Of a stretch of 64,000 nt of DNA, positions 48,602 through 62,070 are shown in pieces. The translations under genes were made by a program, and so were the position numbers. Origin of the DNA: Bugula neritina (Eukaryota; Animalia; Bryozoa); contig OZ037772.1 in assembly GCA_964035545.1 (NCBI GenBank), positions 5,398,233 through 5,462,232 on the forward strand, given 5' to 3'. The number at the start of each line of letters is the position of its first letter. Position 1 is the stretch's first letter. Under the pieces are notes generated by a model that did no database searches, was not told where the DNA came from, and saw only the letters and a program-made list of their open reading frames with translations.

Positions 48602-50782
48602 ACAGTTAGCTCTTTGACTGAAATTCTCATAAGCTTGATTGAAAACCATCATGGTGATTATGGTCCGGCGATTAAGTCATATTTAGGCTTTTTACAACTT
48701 CAAGTGCTATTGCTCAAACATTTGACGCAAGCATATTTTATTATATAAAAGGTAAAAAAAAATCCGCTGTTGGGAAAATCTTGTTGAAATGAATTATTAT
48801 ATCATCAGTTTTGGGATTTTCCCCTTCATATGGAAGAAGGAATTTTAAAGTTGAGCGACTCACTTGATCTTGCATTCGATTCCATTGCTTTGCACTTATT
48901 ACTCTCACCACTATTATGGTTGAGTGTAATCTACTTGTGTATATGTAACAAATATAATAAACAACATATTACTCATAAGCAGTTTGCTATCCAATAATCT
49001 GATGAGTATAATACTGTTACCACATTGAAAATTACATGTCATGCTTTTGACGAAAGAATTATAATCAAAAATATCATGTAACTGCTGTACAGAAACTGGA
49101 TGTTTTATGTCAGTGAAATAGCTATGCCATCATGCTATAAGATGCTATATATAACATATGCTGTACTAAGCTGTGGTGCTTTGAGCCAATTTAAACTGTG
49201 TTATGCAATCCTAAGCTGTGATACACTATGCTATGCATTACAATAAGCTATATATATACATTGTATTAGGCTATCTTCTGAACTACACTACACTGCACTA
49301 ATTACACTACACTACATTACAGTATACGCTATACTATGTACACTGCACTACATTACACTAAACTATGTACACCGTATACTACACTACACTCTACCATAAT
49401 GTACAATGCCATACTATACTATGCTATGCTATATGTTATGCTATGCTTTTCTATGCTATGTTTTATTATGCTATGCGATATTATGCTATGCTATATGATG
49501 TATTATATAATACTATACCATAAGAATACTATGCTATACTACAATATGCTGTATATGATACTATATATACTATATTCTACACTGTACTATACTATACTGC
49601 ACTATGATATGCTATGCTGTGCTATACTATAACAAAATATACTATACTATACTATAAGCTATACTTTTCTATACTATACCATGCGATACGATACTATATA
49701 TAATATAGTGTATACTATACTACACTACACAACACTATACATATAACATAAGATACTTTACTATATTATCCCATACTATTCTATACTATGCTATACTAGA
49801 TACTGATCTACGCTATACTCTTCTATACTCTTCTATACTACAGTATACTATACTATGCTACACTATAACACCATACTATAATATCTATCCTTGAATAATG
49901 CTTTCAACTATAATGCTTGGTAAACAGTCAGTTTGCAGCAACATAGCATGAAGCTATTGCTGTTGAGAAACAATCAATAGTAAAAAATGCAAACTATATA
50001 CAAAAAGAGATCTTTCACTCCTGCCAAATTGTCTTCCTTCCCATAGGATAAAAAGCTCCTATATGTGTTTTGTATACATTAAAAATTAACTCCTTAATCA
50101 TTTGTATTCACTGCATCTTTCATCTTTTCATTTTGTTGTTGCTTAGTTCTTGTGCAAACACTTTTTCTAATTTAATATTGATTACCAACTTTCCCTTAGC
50201 AATGCAAGCAAACTTTTTGAAAATTTCCAATGACTCAACACCGTCAGTTGACAAAGGAAATATATATCTAGATCAATAAAGTATTTCTGACACATCAGTA
50301 ATGTGACGGTTACTAGAAACTTCTATTTAAACTCTTATAACCGTAACTGCTCAGTTCTTTACTGAACATTTTCTGGACAGAGCAAAGCTCATAATATTCT
50401 ACATCGTGGCTTCACCAAATGTAAGTTGCACAGACTTATTAATATTTTGAAACCCATTTTGACACCACTGGTTGCTGGCAGAAACGGATAGAAACGAAAA
50501 AGGTAATTTTCACAAAATTCACAAAATTGTTCAGTTTATTTGGGTGTACTTTAATGCACCAGTATTTGCATGCTATGGGCTAAAGTAGATCTAAGAACTT
50601 AGTTTATAAGCATAACAGATACACAATAATATAAGTGTCTTTGTGCTGAAAATAAATTTTTGAGCTAATTATATAGAGTGATCTGTTAATGTTATTATGA
50701 TTTACAATTACTGAAGGCAATATAATATTTTTAACTTTTCAAATATTTTCAAATGGTGAGCTGTTATAATAGCTATGGTTGT

Positions 50783-51068
50783 TAGGGTGGGTACAGGTGT
50801 ATTATAGGGGTGGGTACAGGTGTATTATAGGGGTGGGTAAAAGTGTATTATAGGGGTGGGTACAGGTGTATTATAGGAGTGGGTACAGGCGTATTATAGG
50901 GGTGGATACAGGTGCATTATAGGGGCGGGTACAGGTGTATTATAGGAGTGGGTACAGGTGTATTATAGGGGTAGGTACAGGCGTATTATAGGGGTGGATA
51001 AAGGTGTATTATAGGGGTGGGTGCAGGTGTATTATAGGGGTGGATACAGGTGTCTTATAGGGGTGGAT
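50783..51068. repeat. 23-bp G-rich minisatellite (ATTATAGGGGTGGGTACAGGTGT) x ~12
   Basis: Direct inspection. Confidence 0.92.
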
Positions 51069-53138
51069 ATGGATGTAGACTAAGGTAAGAGTGGGGATGT
51101 GTATAAAGCTGGAGTAAGTTTTTGTGAGCTGTATGAGAGTGAGAAACAATGTAAATGAGAAGAGGGATGGGTGAAAGTGTAGGTAAGGGCACAAATGAGA
51201 ACATGACTTTCGGTGTCATATATAGTGAACTTGGTGGCTATAAACTATCTCTGCATATACACTATCATCTCATATACTGAAGATATTCTAATTATAGATT
51301 TAGTTTTACATTAAATCACTGCGTGTTATTAGCAAAAATGTGATTGTATGAAAATACTGCTGCGCTTAAGTTTTTTATTTCTGTAGGTAGGTCCAAAAAA
51401 TCTTTCTATAAACTAACATAAAAAAATAGCACTTTTCTTGAAAAATGTTTCTTTTAAACCCACAAATTTACGCTTTCAACATCTCCTCTTTGTACTATTG
51501 TATGTCTCCCATAAAACATAAGTAGTTGAGTTGTAAAGTTTGTATAGCAATCTTTATCATTTTGATAACTGTGCATTTTTGTTTTTTGACATTGGATGTC
51601 CTAGCTTTTGAAATAAGTTGTCTATTTTGTAACTATTGGAATTCTGGTTTGTTATGACAATATATTGATTGTTATCTAGCAACTGCTAACTCTATAATAT
51701 TCACATTTCATAATGCATTTACATTTGCATAATGCATTAGATAACGTGACGTGAAAACTTGAAACCAGAATTTCAATTGTTAGTATATTTACATACAATA
51801 AATGATAATTCCAACAGCTTTCAATTACCTTTATCGCATTCGTATAGTTATTTGAGAAAATTATTACCTAAAAACTGTAAGCACATGTAATTCTTGTAAG
51901 TTAGTGGCCAGAGAGCAGATCAACTATAAAATGTTGTGATTTTAAGGAATTGTATAATAAATATCTCCAGTTTACAGATATGCAGCAGAACTACTATATT
52001 ACTTTTTGATCTAGTTGATTCTCTGATTATTATCTCTCAATCTTCATCTACTTTGATATTATAACAATGACCTATTCAACGCTGAATCTTGCTATTCAAA
52101 ATACTGGCGCTAGAATGTGGTCGAGTTTTTATAATTGTATTGCTGTAAGGAACCGTATTATAGCAAAAAATAAATATGTTGTGTGGTGGTATAGTTGAGG
52201 CATGTGACGTCACTATTGCATTTTACAAAAGAATTCTACTCCCATGACATGTTAAACCAGATCCATGTTACTTTTTCGAATTCTTGAGTTCCTCATTTTG
52301 TGCTTTCAGCTATGTAAGAAATGGTAGCTTGGCTCCATACAACTAGGTAAATTGCATAGGAAACTGAAATCTTATCAGAGAACATTGATAACCCACTGAC
52401 ACCGGTTCTTCAACATTACTTGATACAAGAAACTGATTGTAACGCTGTTAAAGCGATTATTTCAATGATATAGTCTACCAGTGCAAAATAAAGGCTTGTG
52501 TATTTTACATCTATAGAGTTTTGACTATTGTAGTGATTTTAATAAATAGCTTAGGCTGTGAATTGGAGTATAAAGAGTTTTGAGCTGGGCTAAATGAATT
52601 TGGGAAAACTGCAATCTAATCTATGCATTCCATGATCTAATTGTATAACTTGCACAATCACAACACATTATATTTAGGAAAATAAGTTCAACATAGTGAC
52701 TGAGTAGGTGAGTCATCATATCATGCACGTGCCTGAGAATGTTTTCTTCACTGGATTTATAACATAGTAACTTTTCATTTAATCAGATTTAGAAAACTCT
52801 GTGATGTTTTGTCTTGACTTGACAATCATGAAAGAAAAAAACTTTGCATGACATATATATGAACAAATTATCTTTCTATTTGATTTTATTTTAAACATTA
52901 TTACATAACTATATATATATTTTTTCTCCTGCTGAAAAGACATTAAACTGTAATCTTGATGCGGTTGCAGTTTTGCGAGATGTAAGGAGTAAATGTCACT
53001 ACGTGACTGTGAGAATAATATTAAATCTGTTGTGTTTTATAGATTCCGCAGACAAGCATCAGTAAGAAGAAAATACTCTTGAAAAAAAGTCAAAAGTCCA
53101 AATACAAGACTAGCCACTTCTAATGCTCAAGCTTTGGC

Positions 53139-56100
53139 ATGAGTAATAACCAATCGGATAAAGCTAATCCAACTTTAACCAACCAGATGTGTGCCTTAGT
53201 GAGTGAAAAAAGTCGAAGAAGTACCCATGACAAAAGTTTCTTAGGAGATCAAAGAAAATGTGGACTGAGTCATGATGGAGTAACAGCAGCCTCTATTGAG
53301 ATGTTACCAGCTGTTGGAGTTTCAACTTCTACAGTTGGAGTCTCTATGGCAGTCTTTGACCCAAGGTTAAATACCAACACCACTCCTTTTGCTAACACAT
53401 CCGAAAACAGTATTGCTCTTGCACATAGGCATACGGAAAAAGAAATTAAAGCTCCATTTTTAGAAATTGGGGACAAATATGCCTCTGGTTCATTTGGAAC
53501 TAGCTTTGAGCTTAATTTTGAGCAGGCAGTCAGGGCTTCAGAGCTAATATATTTAGAGTCAGACGTAAATTTGTACATAAAAGTTTTAGGTTTAGTAAAT
53601 TTACCATCTTTGCTAGCAGAAAACTCGCGCACCTTCAGTGCAGTCTCTATGGCTAGCAGCGGCTTTGTCATATGTAATAGTCCAAGCAGCGCAAGCTGCC
53701 CAACCTGTAAGTTAGAAATAGAGTTACCTTTACAGTATACAAATTTGCTTGCTGCTCATTTAGTATTGAGTCCTTTATGTCGCTTAGCCTCAGCTCTCTA
53801 TGATGAACAAACAATGATATCTTCACTCTCAGGCAGCCGAAACTCAGCAGGAAGTGGTAAGTCATACGTTTGCTAAAGTTTGCGTGCCTTAACTTGAAAG
53901 GTTTAAGCCTTTTGCCTCCACTGCAGTTATAACCCAATACTTTTAGCTTACACCCAGGCGCACTGTAACCTACTCAATCATACATCCGACCCAGATCTCT
54001 ATAACTCTTTTGCATGTTCCCTTCTTACTCCTTTAATCTTCAGTTTTGGGTGCTTTAACTTTAAGGGTTTAAACCATTTTGCCCCATGGGATTCAAACTC
54101 AATACCCTTTTTTTGTCAACTGGCAAGCTATACCCACTACACTACACTACTGGGTGAACTCAACACTCAATCTCACCCAGGTCCCTAGAGCTTCTTTGGC
54201 CCCTTTACTACTCCTACCCTCCCCCAACACCGGTGAAGTAACACTATTACACTGCATTAATTGCCAAAATAAAACTTTTACCCTTTACCGAGATTACATA
54301 GAAGAGGGAGTTTAAAGAAATTACAGCCCACGAATAAATTGAATCGTTATTACTATTACTATTTTAAGGCAATAATTATGTGCTTTGTGTTTATCCAACC
54401 AGAAGCTGGCAAGGATGACATCTCAGAATATGTGGTACGAGCTATGTCGGAAGAAACAGGAAATAGAAGGAACAGAAGTTGCTACACTGACGAAATGCAT
54501 GAAAAAGTTCAGCTGATGCATCTGATAGAAAAACTGTATGCTTATACTTTAATAAATACAACTATTCTAAATAGAATTACCCTATACATTGTCATTGATA
54601 ATTTTTTCGTATATAATCTGTTCTTTCAAATGGATAATGTGTAGCTGTAATTAATTATATAACTTGTTTCTTAAATATGTTGATAGCTGTTTACACTCGT
54701 TGCATCTCACACACCATGTATGGCAACAAATACATAAAATATCAAAGAGTACTTTTACACTACAACTGACTGCATTGTTGATTTATCACTGCAACTGACA
54801 GGCCTATTTATTTTTCTCTAACTTTTTGTTGCAGAGAAACGGGCAATATCGAGTCTCTTCAATTTCCAACTAATAAAAACCGAATGGAAAACCCTTACTT
54901 CAGTGAAAGTTTCAGGAAACAGAGTTTCATTGAGAACGGTTTTTCTAATAGTCCAAGATTACAGCTGCTTGTATCAAGGGGACTGTATTTGAGTGGTGAG
55001 TTTCAGGATCTCAGCATATGATTGCTTTGAAAATATATTTTAAATTAGATATAACTGTGTATTACTCTGAATAATTATCAAAAAAATTGAACCGTTGTGT
55101 TTTTGAAAACAAATAATTTTCTAATTTTCTTGTATTTAATTTGCAATCCTATAAAGATTACTAATATTTAGGTTTACTCTATGATTGAAGGTCATTCATT
55201 GCCTTGCACTGTATATAGGCATTGTCAGAAAACTGATTCTTCCTATCAGTTTACCCAAAAGAACTTTTCAGTGTTTTATATTTATCAACAAGTTTTATAG
55301 AAACAGTATTATTTTTTTGAGAACCAGATTTTTTATTCACCTGCGAAGTTTTATATTTAGTGCAATTTGCTGTATTTATTAGCTAATGAAAAGAAACAAG
55401 AAATTAGGTGCTTTCATTGTAACCTCCGAAAAGACTTCAGACCAGAAATGTTGCTTGAAGTTGAAGCAGCCTCTTCTCTAGACAAAAATCACTTCAACAA
55501 CAACTGTGGTCACATTATTGGTGAGCTGTGCTTCTTTATTAAACCTGAGTTTTTCAAACACTGCTAATTTTATTGACACATAATACTTTACTTGTAACTC
55601 ATACAAATGCTTTAAGTGAATATAGCACACCCTTTTGTCTATACCTGTAGGGTCTCTATTGACAGGCAACATACCAGACGTCTGCATCCTACTAGCTTAC
55701 AAATACGACAGACAAACAGATGCCAGCAATCTGCTGACACAGGCAGACACACTGAAAGAATTCCAAGGTCTTGGAATCAACATGATTCTGTCAAAACACC
55801 CAGAAATGGCTGTGATATCAAGGAGAATGGCTTCTTTTCTGACCTACCCATACAAGTCAGCAAAACACCCTGAGCAGCTAGCAGAAGGGGGTTACTTCTA
55901 TTTTGGTATCTGATCAGCCCTAACTCTATAAATTGTGTGCAATGTTTATGAAAGAGCAGACTAGCACTTTACAATATGTGCTCAGGTTTATCATTTCCTG
56001 AAGTCGTGAATGTTTTTAATGTAATAGTTGCCAATATAGTTTTTCCTGACCCTTGATATGTTGTAATTAGCTTGTGTCAACAGAAATGCAACCTTTGGCA

Positions 56101-59100
56101 TATTGTGGCATTCAATTCAGTAGAATGCTTGTCAGTTGGGTGTTATTTGACTTCCGACTGCCAAAATTTTAGCTAAACACCAAGCACATAGGCTTGTGAC
56201 TAATATGAATGTTTATGAGGAAGTAGTGGGTCTGAAGACTCCATCTAGAGAATGACATATATTCATAGTTTGAAATGATGATGCTCACATGTGCTGAGTC
56301 TAGTACAGTAATTAAAGTTATTTATGGATGATTGCATAGTGTATATCTAGAAGTTAAATTGAAAATTTTCCCATTGGATAGTTTGAGTAGTAACTCATGT
56401 AATGTCAATATAAGTCATTTAATCAATTTCATTTTAATAGTGCTTTTTCTCATTGTTTCTCACCGTATCAGTTTTAATCCCTGCGGTAAAAACGTGGTTC
56501 TGCATAGCCAACGCAATTAGTGATTTCTATCTGATACTATCATTCTTGTCTTTGCTATTTAATCTCTACGGGTTCACATCAAATATGTTGGTGTCCATCC
56601 ATCAATGTTTACGTTTTCCTCTCTTTCTCTTGCCTTTAGTCAGTGTAATAATGTTAGGATTGCTAGCCTCAGTTTTGTGGTTTGCGTTGAACCTAAGCTG
56701 CCGCTGTGCGTTGATTTTACAGGGTGTTGTCCTATTTATCACTGATTGTGTGTTGGTTGTCCGCATGATTGTCTATGATACAGGGTTTTTAAGGCCGGAT
56801 GCTCTTCCTGACATCAAGCCCTCTGTTATTTTTGGGCTTAAAACCCTCTGCAAGATTTGGTAGCTTGTCCAGGTCCAAGTTACGTTGCTGCTTTTTCTTA
56901 GCATGCAAGTTAAATTAAAACATGTTAGAACTGAGGAGCCAAAATATTTATGTTTTTTTTTTAATTAAAAATATGAGTTATATACTGAAAAAACTTTTTG
57001 TTCTCACAGGAAATGGTGAAAGTGTGACATGTTACTCCTGCGGAATAGTGTCATCTAATTGGACACGCAGATGTGATGTGTTTACGCGTCACGCCAGAAG
57101 TTATCCCACCTGTCCTTACGTCATCTCTACTAGAGGGCAGCAGTTTGTTGATGACGTCTTGGCAGAGTTTGGTTCTTACCATTCCATACCACCGGAAAAC
57201 AAAATCACTGTGGGTGTTAGATACTGTATGATGTTTTATTGCAAGCTAGTATATATATTATACTATATTATATTAAATTCTTAAATCATGTTTTTTATAA
57301 TATTATTAAAAAGGCATAATTTAAAAGTTTAATATAATATAGTATAATATATATACTGCAATAAAACACCATACAGTATATTGTAGCGTAATACAGTATA
57401 TAACGAACTGTAGTGTAGTAAAATATAGCATGTAACATGAAATACTGCTATATAGCACAGTAATATGTAATAAAATGTAAACAAATATAGTGAAATGTAA
57501 TATAATGCAATCAAATATAATAAACCCACACTTTTTAAGCTATATAAAAAACACTGAAGGTATTTAATGCAGCTAAGAAGTTTTGTAATTGTGACAGTAA
57601 AGTAATTGTGATCAATGGCCTTTACTAGGAATAGAACCACTAATAAGCTTGTACTCAACAACGAGTCAGTGCTCTAACCACTACACCACGGCTGCACTTC
57701 CTATACCATGATATGAGAGAATATTAATTGTTAGATAATCATAGTTATATTCCTTGTTTTAGGTGGTTTCAAATAGAATGCTCAGGCCTCGAATGGACTC
57801 AATACCACTTCAGAAAGCACTGGATATGGGAATGCCAAGTCAGGCACTCAAAACCGTAGTTCAGCGAAGAATTATGGTTGGTTTTACTCAGAAGCTTGGT
57901 GTTGTTTTATTCTAGTCATAGCTGTTGAGCTTTATGTCCAATCTATTTCTCACTGATCAAATAAATTTGTAAAATAGAGCTACGCTTTACCAGTATGCTA
58001 CACAAATTGTTGCAAATCACTATAGTATATTTATCTTTACTGAGCATTTAATGATCTGTCTGGTTTTCTCAGAAAGGAGCGCCAGATTTCAAGTACATCT
58101 CTGAGATAGCAAAGGAAGTACAAGAATTGAACGTTCCAGAAGTCCAGTTGCAAGAAGCCAATGCTACATCTATTGTGTTACCTAAAGTAATAAATCTACC
58201 AGAATCTGAGAGTAACATGGAAGAGGAAGTGATGTCATCAGCGGAGGGTCAGATAGATGACACAGTAGAACAGAGCAGTGGCCATGTTGAAAACAGAACA
58301 AATCTCTCTCTAGAGACGAATAAGATAGAAGGTACTAATAGTTTTCAAAATATTTTAATTGAATTCAAACATACATTAGATCCCTATTGTATCTTTTTTA
58401 AAATTGTTTGTATGTTTTATATAATATTTTGTTGTATACCTAATAGAATAGAAATATATGTTACGAAACGCACGGCGCTACATGCATTAAAAAAACAAGT
58501 TTCTGCTCTTATATAATAAAAATCAATTGGAGTTTATTTGTGTGCTGACCACAAACATCGCACCCATACAGTATGATAAATTCTTATACTGTACTTTTAT
58601 ACTTTATTTATTTAGTATTCACGTTTTGATCCTGAGATAAAACATGATGACTTATTTAGGTAAGGATTTAGCTGTTCCAGGTAGCCCAGTGTTTCCACAG
58701 CACTAACAAGATTATTTGAATTTTAGTTGTTGCAGACGTCAGAACTGAGGCGACTGAACTCAAGTCCGAACTTCTCTGTAAAGTTTGTATGACAGAACCT
58801 GTGTCTATGATATTCCTGCCTTGCTCACATCTCAGTAAGCTTTTAGACATCTTTGAGTTTTATCCATTTTTCTAGCAATAGCTTTGTAATACAATATGTG
58901 AATACCGGTTTGTTGTCCCAAAGTCATTACAAAACATTTTCTCAACTATTTATTGCAAAGTGTAACTTGGTTACAGCAAAACGAAACTGAAAATTAGCAA
59001 TGAGTTTTGTTATATCTCAAAGCACCTGTTGATTGGATTATTTAGATCTATAGGTCCAGTCACATGACTTTATGTTTACATTCTCTATACACTGTTGTGC

Positions 59101-59930
59101 GTTCCCATAATCTATGAATCAAGTTTTATGGCTTGATATTTACATTCTTGTACACAATAATGTGTTCCCATGGCATAGGGTAACCGTAGAGTAATATAAA
59201 CAATTGTGCAAACTATGATCACCTGAAAAATGTCGCATTGCAACAAGATATAAACAGGTCTACAAATAAAGAGATGTTTGTTTTGCCAATTCTTTGCTTT
59301 TTCTGGATGACAAATATAAAATAAATGCAAAAATATAATTGTTTTAAATGCTATGTCACCTATAGTAACTATTATTTCATGGTCTACCTCATTCCATGAG
59401 TCTTTCGTTTTTATTATTTTGCTTTATTTTTTTATTATAGTATAGCAACTGGATCTTTTTCAATATGAAGTTGCTTGAATAAATAGTATTATGAGATTAT
59501 TTATAGACATATTATTCTTCATAAAAAAGTAATTTGCATTTTAACTCAATGTTTTTCTTCTATCTATACAATTGATTCGTAATTGTAAACCTTCCTTGAT
59601 ATAAGCATTCAATTTCGTACCTGCTCTTTTTACTGACATTCTACTAAGTTTTTTTCTAGCCTAAAGATGGGGCTTAGTAAAACTTTCTTCCATATAAAAC
59701 TACAAAAGAAATATGTGCATGAGTATTGAATAATTTAAAATTTTTGCTTTTCAAAAACTCGACCAACGTCTGCAATAGCATAGAGTTGTGTTGAGTCAAT
59801 GAATTGATTTTAAATCATGATTCCTTTGTTTACAGCCTGCTGCTCTGTTTGCTCGGCTGTCATGGTGAACTGCCCGCTGTGTAGAAAGGATGTAGTGGGA
59901 ACCATCAAGATCAAGTTTTGTACTGGATGA
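53139..59930 (+). CDS. Inhibitor of apoptosis (IAP/BIRC-family) protein: BIR-BIR(atypical)-BIR-UBA-RING (~723 aa)
   Basis: Exons 53139-53856 (BIR CPTC-x16-H-x6-C), 54403-54535, 54835-54995, 55383-55520 (CFHC-x23-H-x4-C), 55651-55905 (RMASF...LAEGGYFYFG), 57010-57209 (CYSC-x16-H-x6-C), 57763-57876 (UBA-like QKALDMG), 58073-58331, 58736-58834 (alternative acceptor 58727; CKVCM..FLPCSH), 59836-59930 (CSVC..CPLCR). GT-AG throughout, total 2172 nt in frame. Confidence 0.9.
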
Positions 59931-62070
59931 CCTTAATATAATCAATGAATATCAATTATTTCAACAAGCTGAGTGAATATGAATGTTGGCAGGAAAGGAT
60001 GTCAGATATATTACAACATCAGTAAGAGTGAATGGATTATGAAAGTTGACACATCTGCCAATCAACTTAAATTAATTTTGCCTAACTGCCTTATTATTTC
60101 AAAATTAGAAGTTATTGTCTTGACTCACAATCATCACCCAACAATATTGTATTATTACAAAAAAAATCTTGATGATATATTTTGAGAAATTACTTACATC
60201 TTGCAACCCACAGTTTTGAAATGGCAAAGGTTTCACAAAATGAAGCTTCATACAAACAGAATGTTGTATTAAAAGCTATATAAAAAGTACAAAATACTAT
60301 GTAATCTAAATTCCATCGAGACACTGTGCTAAGGGTTTTGGGGACATTAGACTAAACTTGTTGTTTTGCTGATGCTTAGGCTATTAGTACTGCAACTGAT
60401 CTACATCCTCACGTTTTTGGCAGAGTCCATAAGTTGAGAATACTTTGAACAAATAGCTTTAGTAATTTTGCTACAGAGTGTTTATGATTTTATACTTTGA
60501 TGGACAAAAATTTAGGTTTAGTTCAGTGAGCAATAAAATAAATATATGTGCTGTGTGGTAAAAAAATTTTCATGAAGTAATCTTGTCTTATTGTATTGCT
60601 CATATTCTACATGTTATAATAATATCATATTCATATTATATTAGTTTCTGAACTGCTCAGACATTTATTATATGTTAGAAAATCTTTGAATACCTCTATT
60701 AAATTCTTTCAAGTGCTCCTTAAGTACCTTTCATGAACGCTGATGCAAGAGCATAAAGCCTTTTTGTTAATATAGTACTTTACTTTCAAGTTTAGTCTTA
60801 TCAATGAAATATATTTGTTATCTGTATCTATATTGAACCTACAAACTCTATAGATAGATAATAATAGCTTTATTACATCTTTGCATGGTGGGTTAGATGA
60901 TATGCATATTCAAGGGAAGATAATAACTACTCAATAAAATATCACATATTATAATGATACCTACTGGACTTTGTAACATTTTAAAGAATGCCAGTTAAAT
61001 TAGTTGATAATTCTTAAATTGCAGTTTTATCAGTTTTATTTTGCTTCATATTATTTATGGTTAAAATAGGAGCCTAATTAAAAAGAGCAATGAAAGGAAA
61101 TTATTCAACAAGGTTCTGGGAATTAATCTTTCAAGTCTGATTCTTGAATCATGCAGTCATTAGCTAACTAAAAGAAATGTTAAGAGGTGCCTTCTGAAGA
61201 GCATGCATGTGTTGTTTTATTGTGAACATTTTGTATAGTTAGCAGTTAATTGCACGCTGAAGGATCGGATTTTGTGTATTTCTCTAAGTATTTGAGAGTG
61301 AATAATGTATAGCCATGTAGAAACGTATGACACTTTAAGTATTCATGTGCTATAGAATGAGTTTACTTCAATCAGCTGCCCAAGTGATTCTCCCCATAGA
61401 GCTATATTTGCTACAACAATCAACTTCACATTTATGTTAGACTCAGATACAGCTGTGTTTTATTTCAGCGTTATTTATTTTGTACAATTGGTAACATTTT
61501 GTCCTTAATAATAACAATAATTACTAAAAAGTATGGTTCAATTAAGATAGACAACAAGTTTAAAGCTTAAAGAAATGTATTAGAATGCAGGAAATTACAT
61601 AATTACAATGAAGAACATTTTAAAATAAAAACAAACCAGTTAAAATGCAAGAAAGTGTGATACTGAAAGAGTCAAGAAATTATATAGTATGTTGATTAAA
61701 ATCTATATTGCACAGAGTTGCAGACGTGTGCAAAAGTATAATCATGATTAAAAAGGACTGTCGACACGGCTGCCTTAACGTTTATTAAAACAGTGACGGT
61801 TGAATTTTATTATAACCATATTTGTTGATTAATCAACATTTCAATAATTTTCCTTCATTCAATTTTTTAACAATCCGTTCTTTGTTTGAATACTTGTTTA
61901 AATTTTATAAACTAAAAACTAAAGATAACTATGTTTATATGCAAAAGGTGTCATCATTAAACATACTATTTTATCATCTATTTCTAAAAGTTATAGCTAA
62001 ACAAATTTTAAACCAAGTTATACCATGACAATTTATTTGCAAATTTGTCTTAAAAAATTCTATCAGAAAT

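Noticed and set aside
53270-53671. 133-aa minus-strand ORF
   Set aside because: Antisense shadow of IAP exon 1; no motifs
56453-56863. 136-aa hydrophobic ORF in an IAP intron
   Set aside because: Overlaps an antisense SINE-like sequence (GGAAGAGCATCCGGCC core at ~56790-56810); no splice or motif support
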